Assembly: GCA_002633005.1 (NCBI GenBank)
Contig: NMRA01000440.1
Span: 1 to 64,000, forward strand
Origin: Phoronis australis
Lineage: Eukaryota; Animalia; Phoronida
Direction of reading: 5' to 3'
DNA: 64,000 nucleotides
This document shows, piece by piece, positions 46,601 through 58,600 of this stretch. Made by a program: the position numbers and the translations under genes. The stretch's first letter is position 1; each line of letters opens with the position of its first letter. Below the pieces are notes generated by a model. That model was not told the origin of the DNA, ran no database searches, and saw only the letters and a list, made by a program, of their open reading frames with translations.

Positions 46601-49600
46601 TTCGGATATACTTGTGGAAAATTAACAGGTATTTGTATTATTATTTCCACAGCTTGGTCACATTAACTCTATTTCGATGCACTGTACTAATATTATTCAG
46701 CAGATATTAAAAAAATTTCATAATGGCAGCTAGATGTCTTAAGTCAACCTTTTTTCAGGTCATTTTTAGTAAAAATACTGTTCGTTGATTACTCCAGACC
46801 TGTTTTTCAGTTAATAACGGCTTCTTGTAATCTTATTAATTAGTCGTGCCTTTCTCCGGAAGTGATGTTTAGGGGATTAAGAATTTCCCTCCATTTTGTT
46901 TTAACGTAGTCCGACTGTGTGAGCTGTCGAGTCGGTCATTATTTTACCTAGCTTGTGATAAGTTCAGTCACCGTTTGCACTTGTTTATGAGTCAGTCAAC
47001 ATGCCGCAAGTTTGCTGCGTACCAGGTGTACTCATTATCGTCTCATGCATATTTTGGGTGTGCCATAACATCGCCTTCAGAAGGATGACACACTCCGCCG
47101 TACTTGGCTCATTCATGTGAACAGTGCATCGTTACCCATCCACGCAATGTACAAAACAGTTGAGAATTACCAAGTGAGCGCATTTTTGAAGCAAGAAGTC
47201 TCACAAGAAGTCTCGCAAGAAGTCTCGCAAGAAGTCTCGCAAGAAGTCTCGCAAGAAGTCTCACAAGCTGTGGCCTCATAAACTATCACCCGTACCCCAG
47301 AGCATGCAATTCCTTGAACTAGCAGTGATTCGCTCTGTGCTGGTGTTGGCCCAGGGACTCATCTAGCAGCCGTCCTTGGGACAGCCCTTTTAAAAAAATG
47401 ACTGCTTTGGACGGCACGGCCAAGACGGAAAAAAGACGGCCTATTCCAAAACAACCTCGGCGAAAATGAAGGCTAAACTAAAAATTTTATTATTTATTAT
47501 TAATAAATTTTATTGAAACCTACAATTCATTGTTTGGGTTCGCAAAATATTAATAAATAACTCGACATTAGAAACTTTTGCCATCTATTTTTACTATGAA
47601 TGTCACAATGATGATCGGCAAATACTGGCAGCCAACTTTGAGGAATACCTTCCTGTTCTGTGACGTCAAGGTGACTTAATACGGAATCCCCCGCACGGCT
47701 AGTGTCGATATTGCATCCAGCACTAACTACCCGTACATGGACACTTAATCTTTGAAATTGAAGACCCCACACCCAAAGTTCAAAGGATTTGCCGTATCCC
47801 TAGTGCTAGTTGCCGACGCGGAAGTTGAAGCGGCACTCGATGTATTTGATGGAGCAGCCAGTTTGAAATAGCTGAGAACGTACATTTCGAAAAAAAAAAT
47901 GATACCCACCAAAATTCTAGCACTGACCTGCCGTACAAATGCCATCAATGTCGTTGAACATGAAAACCAGATAAAAGTTAGCGCAAACTTCCTTAATTTG
48001 TTCGCATAGTTCCGTTGCAACTCGAACGAATGAATGAAAAAATATCAAAAAATCCGCACGGCCGAATGATTTATATTGATGCGCGAGAATGCAGTGCAAA
48101 CTTTACGAGAAAAAAATGTGGTGTGTAATGTTGGTTACGTATTCAATGACTAACTTAGCGTGAAAGTAAATGCCTCGATAAACTTCAGCTTTTTGTGGAA
48201 TTCCATGATTATTGGGTGATTCCAGTATATCCTCTGTGTGTGGCACTGCGTGCCGTATTTGAAAAAATGAAGGTCAGCCAGTCACGTGCACAGCACCTGT
48301 TACTTCGGCTGTGAACCAGGCCGGGGGATGTGACTCTTAAACTGCGAGAAAACAATGGTTCTTTTTAAGAATAAATATCTTGTAGCATACTATGAAAGAC
48401 TGTGATTGACTTTCGAGCTGGTAAGTTTCAATTCAACAAACCATCTACTTATAATGCACTGCAGAAGACGTAACAACTATAATGTCCCTGGCGACCACTG
48501 GCAAGCCAAACGATGTGAAATTTATGAGTAAAGTGCTCTGAAAAATGTTTAAGAAATGTAAAAGTACGAATGCCAAATTCAAACATGGAGTTTTGACGTT
48601 TTTTTTTTGGTCCCGATCCTTTACAAAGCCAAGTCCAGTTATACACGCGTGAGTGCACATACGCCGTCACTCCTATTTTCCAGCGGAGATTTTCGACCGT
48701 GTTGAGCACTGGTGATACTGATTCGTGAATTTGTTGAGGATATGGTCTTGTTTTTGTAGATTCATGAATTGCAGTACTGTGGGATGTAATGAAACGTAGA
48801 CATGTACTCTAGGATATATTTCTTCATGTCCTTTTGAATGCAACTTCATTGTCTTCTCACAATTTTAAATGGTTTCTCAACTGCATTTAAGTAGTACACT
48901 TCTCTTTTGAGAGCTTCAAGATACATTGAGTCCTGTCTAACATGCAACTCTACACAGATTATGTTACTAAAGGATTTACAGGTCTTGATTTTTGCAGTTT
49001 AGTGACAAAGCACATCCTGAATGGAACAAACCTAATTTTTGTTTAGTTTGCCTCTGCCTGTGCTGTCCTTTGGACAAGAAAAAGACACGCAAACAGAGTG
49101 CTAAATAAAATGCAAGGAAATGACCTTTTTTATGTAACAGTTTTTTCCTCAGCGGATGGGGGGAATCCCCACGCCTTTCCCCCCACCGTAAATTCAAATG
49201 CAAAAACAAAATGGCGATAAATTCTTAACCCCTTAAACGTCACTTCCGGAGTAGTGTACGACTAATTTATAAATTACGAGAAGCCGTAATTAACTGAAAC
49301 ATGTCTGGGATAATCTATATGGTTTACTATAGGTTTGTAATGATCAACACTTGGAGGATATTTATATTTAAATTTTGAAACTGAGATGAGCATTTGGATT
49401 CACACCAGAGGGCTTGTTAAACCTGATAATTGGGGGTGAGCATTTAACTCAGAGATGGGGACTTAGATGGAAATTTCAGGAAATTGGGGCTGGGCACTTA
49501 CCTACATATGGATGGTTAACATATGCCAGACAATAGAACCTTCAGAATTGAAGTCCACGGCCCTGAAGTTCAAAGGATTTGTTGCAAGGCTAGTTGCTGA

Positions 49601-52600
49601 TGCAAATTTGAATCAACGCTCTCTAACCGATGTGCGTATTCGAGAAGTTAAGTACACAACTTGACAGTGGAGAAAATACTTGTTAAAAATACTCATCTTT
49701 CTTGAATTAACCTGCTATATGAATGTGAGGATGCAAAAATCAGGTATTTTACATTGAAAATCTACTGGGTGGGTTGTAGTTTATTCATTTTTTTTTCCGT
49801 AATTAGGAATAACACTTATTAGATTCTTGATGACATTTATTGTAATAAAAATATAAAAGGCAAGTCTATACAGTGATCACTGTTGCATTTCATTTGACAT
49901 TGTGTAAATAGTTGTAATGTAGTTGGTCACATCATGACACTTTAGTTCTCAGCTGTACTCGGTGATAACAATTCAACCATCTGTTCGTCGTTCGCTTCTT
50001 TGGCATAGTGAAGAGGGGTGTGGTTTGTCTGAAAAACAATTGAGTAAAAGGTTTAACAGGACATGATCAGTGATAGTGGAAATAAATTACGATTCTCACT
50101 GCATATCAAAGTACCAGGATTATTTCTCTGCCCATTCAATCAATCGTTTTTATATCTTGTAGTAGATTTACAGGGAAGTGGTTGACTATGTGCCCAATAC
50201 TTGGGTTGAAATTTTAGTCAAAACTCTGGATTCACTGTAATGTGGCAGCAGTCCTTGTTGACGTAACCATTTAACTGCACGACTAAGATGTTTGTTTGCT
50301 TAAGTCATCAGAATGAAACTCGAGAAACTCTGGATTGTAAACCTCTCTACTTGACTGAGGTATATGATTTGCACAATAGAAAATTTTCCGTGCAAGTTAA
50401 CAAAATGCAACTTCGACAATTCCAATCTACTTTTCTCCATTCCTTGACCAGTGCACTAACAACACTTACATTATCTGCACAGCCAACCAGTTCTGGATAC
50501 GTCTCCAGTAAATGTTTTGAGACCTCCGCGTGCGAGCCCATTACTGCCTTGTGAAGAGCCGTGCGACCGCTGACGTCTCGTGACATGGCAAATTTTTTGC
50601 TGTCCAAATCCTGCGTAATGGCAGCTAGGTCACCCTCTTCAGCTCCCTTGTGTATTCTCTCTATTTTTGCCTGAAGTGAAAAAGACTGTTAGTTGGCTCT
50701 GTGCAGCATGCTGTTGACAGGCAAGACTTGCGCGATACTGTCACATGTCAATAGTAACAGATTTGCTGGATCTCTTGATAGCATTGTGCATTTGTAGCAC
50801 GGAAACTATTTGCAGTGATACTTGTGTAGCAAGTGTTTTAATGCGGTTTTGATGACACTTTTTGGCGTAAATTAGCACCCAGGTAAATCAGCTTTTTTAA
50901 TTGAATATAGCTCCCCAGCAATAAACACGCATGTGGATAATCTTACATATTAGTCACAAGACTTCCCGCAGCACATCAAGGACAGTTAAGCTGGTGAATG
51001 TTCCTGAAACAATGCTGACTTTGCAGTCTTTTATTAAGTGAACCAAACACCAAACGTGAAAGTTACCATAAATTCGGGAATGCCGTTGTAGAACTCGGCT
51101 ATATCCTCGTTGCCGCTGCCATATTTGCCTGGTATGTCTGGAATTTGGTCATAGCCAGTCAACAACATGCTCTCTATTGTGTCAAACTCTTGCTTCTGGA
51201 ATAGCTCACCAACAAAGTTGTCTGAAATAATAAAAATAAAGGTCAATTCGTTGCACCGCTTTGATCAAATTTTGTTAGAATTTAAAATATAAGTAAAAAT
51301 TTACAGGCAGGATACATCATTCTCTACATTTTCTAATAAAAGTTTTTTGGTCGCTTGGCCATTTATTCCTTATGGACACTGGGATTACAAAGGGTAACAT
51401 AGGGCTTTGTATTACAAGTCAGCTTCTTTGTACACAACCGAGAATATGACTGTTTAAAGGCTTGGCAGATCAATGTGGGGCAAATGAAAATTGAAATAGA
51501 ACTCGTGAAGTCACCTCATGGTATTTTGTTGCTTGAACCAATCACAATGCATAAATTTTGATTTGATCTGGACAATGCTATTTACTTCAACATGTTGGCA
51601 TTGTCATTCATCTGATGAGACAAGGGAAGTTACGGGTCGATTACAAAGACATTTGCTTAAAGCAGATTTGGGAGCGAATTGGTCATGAAATTATCTTTTT
51701 ATTTGCATACACTTGTGACACAAGAATTACCATGGTCAATCTTTCAAGGATAGTGCACTTCATTATAATTTTGACAGAAAGTAGTTAAACAGTCGATAGG
51801 TCACTTTGAAATGTGAATTTTGTTGTTTGTGCATCAAATATATAAACAATATTTCTTCTGCAGCACATAAATATTTTTATGCCCATTGTTGTCGCTCATT
51901 TTCTGGACATTACAAATTTTGCTGGCTTGTGAATTTTCTTGGTTTTGTAAAAAGAAATCCGCTTGTAATTTATAGATTCAACTGAATAAACTTTATTCAC
52001 TGGTATTCAGAGCATTGTAGTTACATTGTCTTGAGAAGTGATGGGAAGTGTGAACAGTGACAAGTGTAAGTGATGAGAAGTGTGGGTGATGAGAAGTGTG
52101 GGTGATGAGAGGCGTGGGTGATGAGAGGCGTGGGTGATGAGNNNNNNNNNNNNNNNNNNNNNNNNNNNNNNNNNNNNNNNNNNNNNNNNNNNNNNNNNNN
52201 NNNNNNNNNNNNNNNNNNNNNNNNNNNNNNNNNNNNNNNNNNNNNNNNNNNNNNNNNNNNNNNNNNNNNNNNNNNNNNNNNNNNNNNNNNNNNNNNNNNN
52301 NNNNNNNNNNNNNNNNNNNNNNNNNNNNNNNNNNNNNNNNNNNNNNNNNNNNNNNNNNNNNNNNNNNNNNNNNNNNNNNNNNNNNNNNNNNNNNNNNNNN
52401 NNNNNNNNNNNNNNNNNNNNNNNNNNNNNNNNNNNNNNNNNNNNNNNNNNNNNNNNNNNNNNNNNNNNNNNNNNNNNNNNNNNNNNNNNNNNNNNNNNNN
52501 NNNNNNNNNNNNNNNNNNNNNNNNNNNNNNNNNNNNNNNNNNNNNNNNNNNNNNNNNNNNNNNNNNNNNNNNNNNNNNNNNNNNNNNNNNNNNNNNNNNN

Positions 52601-55600
52601 NNNNNNNNNNNNNNNNNNNNNNNNNNNNNNNNNNNNNNNNNNNNNNNNNNNNNNNNNATGCTTGTCTTACCAATAGCCTGTACAACCTCGATGCGATCAG
52701 CTGCTTCTGCAATGTCTCGAGGCGTCTGGTTTGCTTCATCCCTGTCAGACAATGGATACCCTTCTTTAAGCAATGCGAGGACCTCCTCCACACCCATGGA
52801 TGACACAGCATAATGCAGCTTGGTGCGACCCTGTTCATCCTTTTCTTTTGTCTTGTCCTTGTTTGCTGTGTCATCTTGCTCTTGGTCTTCTCGCACAGTG
52901 GCGAGCTCTGGTGGCTGAGCTAGAGACAGTTGCTCACGTGCTCTGAAGGAGTAAGAGTTAAAGTTGTGAACATTGACAGAAGCTTAACTTTCACGGTGTG
53001 ATACAATCTTGGTGTTTAGGTACCCTCCATATTATTTACTGTCAAAAATTTGATTTTGAAATTTCTTTGTAGCATTCACTTTCTTTAGTCAGGCTGCTCT
53101 TAGCTCTCTTAACCCCGTGTCCCCTGCTCGTGACTTTGTCTTCGGGTAAGACCTCCTTTGCATTACATTCTGGCAGTTCTGATCCTTCATTGCACCTCCT
53201 ATCTGCATCTCTCCATAAGAGACCACGAGACACCCTCTCTTCTCCATCCCACTTTCTCTGCAACTCACTTCCTTTTTTGCTCCCTTAATCCCAATGCCAC
53301 CATACTTTGTTTATCAACACCTCTCCCAAACCACTGTTGTCCCCTGAACCTCTCCACCGTCCGTCTAGACCCCATCTCCCCCTCATCCACCACCTTTAGT
53401 TCAACCTCTCTCTACCGCCCGTCTAGACCCCATCTCCCCCTCATCCACCACCTTTAGTTCCTTCTCAACTATTCCTGCTCTCTACATCACACTTTGTTCC
53501 CTGCTTCTTTCTACCTCCAGGTCATGTGTGCCCTGTCAACCATCCTTGTCAGCTCTCCCTACTTTGTTTTCCACCATAGCTTGCTCCCTACCATTCCCTC
53601 TACCTCTCCCCAAGACCTTCTTTACCCATCAGCTGCCCCTACTTCTTTCTGTTCTATTCTTGCTTCTTCTACGACACTGTACCCTGATGTTCCCTGTCAA
53701 TTCCCTAAAGAGCCGCACCCTTTTCCTCTCCATTTACGTTCTCTTCGACACTTTGTTTGCTGACCTTCTTTCCATCCCTTTCCTCTCCAAATCCTTTACA
53801 ATATTCAAATCCCTGACCTTCCCTGTCAATCTAAAGAGCCATACCCCTTCCCTCTCCATTTAACTTTCTCTATGACACTCTGTAGCCTGTCAATAATCTA
53901 AAGAACCATGCCCCTTTCCTTTCCACTTACTTTATCTACCACACTCTTGTACCCTGTCAATACTCCAAAGAACCACACCCCTTCCCTCTACATTTACTTT
54001 CTCTATCACACTCTTGTACCCTATCAATACTTCAAAGAACCACACCCCTTCCCTCTACATTTACTTTCTCTATCACACTCTTGCACCCTGTCAATACTCC
54101 AAAGAACCACACCCCTTTCCTCTCCACTTAGTTTCTCTATCACACTCTTGTACCCTATCAATACTTCAAAGAACCACACCCCTTCCCTCTCCACTTAGTT
54201 TCTCTACCACACTCTGTTCCCTGTCAGTCCTCTAAAGAGCCACGCCCCTTCCCTCTCCACTTACTTTCTCTACCACACTCTGTTCCCTGTCAGTTCTCTA
54301 AAGAGCCACTCCCCTTCCCTCTCCACTTACTTCCTTTGCAACTCTTCTTGTTCTTTCTGCTTCCTTTCTTCTTCTTCCTTCTCTGCCTTCAGACGTTTCT
54401 CCTCCTCTATCAGCTGCAGCTTCTCCTGTCTTCGCTGCTCACGTCGTATTTTCTCTTGCTCCTCCTCCAGCCTCTGCTGGTGAATTTGCTCTTCCATCTC
54501 AGCTTGCTGCAGATAATCAGGCACTATGTATTGATCATGATATATTCCTATACTTATTCATTCACTCCAGTTATTTGTATGCATATGTTTTACATGTGGT
54601 GTGAGGAACCCTGTCACACAGAAGAAGGTTGAATAATGTAAAATTCTTCTGTTTGGGACGGTGAAAATTAATTATTTGTCTCGATGTGGGAGCTTGTGCC
54701 AAATTTTAGACTGTTGGTTTCAAAATAGAGAATTCCATATTTGTGAATGCCGAAATTGCCTATCTAAATTATCAGAGTCGAGAAAATTCAATTTACCAGA
54801 CGGGTAGACTTGATTTTTTGGTGTCCCAAGTTTTAGGTACTTCCCGAACTAGAGACTTTTTACCATACTCTTGATTTTGAGGACTTTACTACTAAACTAA
54901 ATTGAAATAAAGTTTTATCAATTATGGTTTGCATTGTGGATTCGCGCAGAATGATTTTCAAGGTTATTTCAAGATGCTGATTAGCAAATAATGTGATGTT
55001 GAATGTTATGTTTACTCAAAAGATTGTACTTTGTAGATAGCTTGTAACTTTTATGATTAGAGTTATGTTCATGATTTAAAAACTGTAGGTGGCGTGATTG
55101 TTAGATAGGTGATGAAAAGTCTCATAGTTGAAGACTTGGTACATACCTTCTTCTCTCTCATTTTGTTGTCATGGTACTTCAGTAAATAATGAGCCAAATA
55201 TTCAATGGGGTCCCACGGTCGTTTCTCTGCCACTTCAGCCAGACCAGCGGCAAGCAATGAGCCCAAGTTCTTGGCAATGTATTGACCCTCAACACTTGAT
55301 GGTTCCGGTACATTCTTGATTGTGTAAGGATCGTTTTCAGCCATGTTCCTCTGGGCATGTGATCCAAATATACGTGGGGCAGCTAGAAGAATGCAAAACA
55401 CATGCTCAACATTGCAGACTTGTCCAACATTTTTGTAAAAGAATTAAAAATAAAGTATTTTACTATTTCTAATATTCTCATAGTTAGTACTTCTATCAAA
55501 ATATTTTTAAAACAGATTAGCTGATGTGTCATGCTAGTAGTACTTACGCTTCTCAATTGGTGTCTCTGTAGCTGTGTTCTGAGGAGTTTTCTGTGTGTCA

Positions 55601-58600
55601 GATGGAGGACGTGACCCCTTTACAGCTGACCCAGGTCGTGACCCTTTTACTGCAGACCCAGGTCGGGACCCCTTCACTCCTGACCCAGGTCGTGACCCTT
55701 TTGCGGCTGACCCTGGACGTGATGCTTTTTTAGTGGAGGCAGGTCTACTTGCTGATTTCTGAGCAGACAGTTTCTGTGCCATATCCTCAGCTATACTTTC
55801 GAGTTTGATATCAGAAGCGTCAGTCTTGTAATCAGCTGGTGTCTTGCCGTGCATGTCTTTTAACGTCTCATCTGCTCCAGCAGTTTTTAGCGTATCATAG
55901 ATGGCGCTATCACCAACTGCTGCATAATGAAGCGCAGTCCGGAGGTCCTGTAAAATTTATAAGTTTACACCTGAATATAAGTGTATTCATCCACATGACT
56001 TGCACTATGTTATATCCCCTGAATGCCAGTTTAGTGCTACTTAGCTATTTATAAATATCTATTGTTATCCAACTGGTTTTGTAGCACTCTAAGCACTCCC
56101 AAAGACTCAAATGCAGAATAATCCCATCTTGGATGGCTCTCAAATATTGAGTTGCATTGAGGTCAGGCCTTTATCCAGGATTTCGAAAATAGGGTGTCCA
56201 AAATGGGGTTCCCNAGCAATCCCCCCCAAACACACAGATTTTTTTACACAAAAATGCATAGACCAAGGTTTTTACATCTAAGTTTACAAAACAGCCTTCT
56301 GTAGTGAGCATTTTTAATAAAAAAATGGTGTAGACCAAGACTTTTACAATGCTATCAACCAAGTGTGAGCTTAGCAACATTGTATATACTTTGTATATTT
56401 CTTCCTGCTTTGAAAAAAATCCCCACTGTGAGCCTTCAGAGGCTTCCTAGTAATCACTACAATGTGTGTGTCCAAACTTGAAAGGTTCCTATTGACAGTG
56501 GGCGTCCAAAGGATACTTTGAGCGTCCTTGCCAGGACGTCCATATTAGTGCTGGGGCGTCCATTTGGACGCCCAGGACGTACGCTGCATAAAGGCCTGAC
56601 TCAGGTGGTGCTGGACTTGAATGTATTTTATATCTGTAAGGTACGTTAAAAAGGAATTTGCTTATAGTTGTTTCCGCTGTTGCACTGCTTCAGTCATGGC
56701 ACAAACTTGCACTAGAATAGGTTGGACCTGCCCAAATGTACTTCCGCAAAAGGAAAATGTTTTTCCAGGTGGACGCTTGCACCAGACCTTGTCATGAAAC
56801 AAGCTCTGTCATTTAGACGCAGTTGATCAGACACTTACGTTGTCAGCCATGTTGAGGGCATCTGGGTAATCAGCAATGAAGTACTGAACTATGCCAGCTT
56901 GCTTTAGAATGACTGCTTTGTGCAACACATTCTTTCCAGTTACATCTAGCGCTAAAGCCAACACTTTGCGATCTATCAAGGCCTTTAGTTTGTCATCAGA
57001 TCCTTCCTTTATGGCCTCATACATGCTCAACAGTTTACCCTAAAAAACCAAAATGGCATTGTGTCATTGTACATCATAACATCATGAATGGTAGACACAT
57101 CGTGTATCTACTCTCTGAGCCATGAGAACTACCTAGTGGACATTAAAATAATTTGTATAAGGGCATTTATTAGGAGAATGGCTTTCTGGGAAATCCATTC
57201 AGTAGGATCACTGTTTAAGGGAAAATGTGTATGCTGGTGAAAAACGTGGATACTCGGGTGAAAACATGTATACTGGTGAAAACAGTTTTTCCTAAACAAA
57301 TCTGTCGCAGGGTGTGCCAGGGTACATTGCTACCAAACTTACCACAGGCTATGCTTGGGTACGTTGCTTCCTAACCTGCTACAGGCTGTGCCAAGGTACA
57401 TTGCAACCAAACTTGCTACTGGCTGTGCCAGCATACATTGCTTTCAAAACCTGCCAGCCTTCGGGCTGTGCTAGGGTGCATTGCTACCAAAAATGGAGTG
57501 TGCGATCTTTTCTGTTATAATAGTTGGAGTGGCACCACATCCCATCTATCTGATTACTGTTTCTCATGAAGACACTGGCATTCCATTGTGGGTTAGCAAT
57601 TATTGCTTGTGACAGTTCTGTGGCTAGGTTTTAGGTTACCAAGTCAATAAAGTACTGTTAGTATGTTTTGTTGAATAGGCAGCAATGAGGCGTTGAATAA
57701 CTGGCAAGGAGGCGCTCAATAGCCGGCAAGGAGGGGCTTAATAGGCAGCAGTGAGGCACTGAATAGGTGGCAATGAAGTGCGGAATCGACAGGTATGAGG
57801 CGTTGCCAGGTCATCTTGAAGATAGCAGGGGGGGTGGCCAGCTGATCAGCAGTGCATACACGTCTTAAGCCATACATCAGCGGTCCTGTATATATGGCTG
57901 TTGCCTCTTCAACAAACTTAACATGAACAGTACAGTACAATTTCTAGAACATAGACGTGAACTGTCATGTTTTCACTCACCAGTGTTTCTGGTATGCTTT
58001 TCACAAATGTCTCAACCTCAGCTGATCCTGCCAGAGTGACCCCTGTTGTCAAAGGGTCAAAGCCAGCCAGTACCAGCTTCTCGAGTTCCTCTACTTTACC
58101 CTCTTTGGCCAGACCCTCGAGATGATCCTTGATAGCCTGCTGCTGACCCTGGTCACCTGACTTGACCGCTCTGTCCCAGGCTGTGTGCCCTGACTCATCT
58201 CTCTTGGCCAGGTCGCTGAAGTCTGCCATTGTTACTTCACCTGTTGTGAACAAATGGCAAGTTTCCTTTAGGAATGAGTAAATAGGATGGAGAGATTTAC
58301 AAATATTGCTGACAGGAGGTACTAATTTTGGACTATAAAACGTGGGATTCTGTGGACAAACATTTAAAAACACTGAGAAATTAGACATGGTCAGTGAGCA
58401 GTAGACAATCTGTTGAGCTGAATACTCATGGTGTGTAATAATAATAGTTGCCTGACAACTCAGCTGAAGACATTGTAGTTATCGCGAGGTAGCGCTGCAC
58501 GCTAAGATTTTTTTCAATGTGACAATTTGGGAACATTTACATTTGCTAATTGATATTAAACTGATTTTTAAATCAATTGGTTATTATTAGCGCAAAACAA

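Noticed and set aside
51993-52896. Long ORFs across the second gap
   Set aside because: Mostly N; only 52671-52942 (-) is a real exon.
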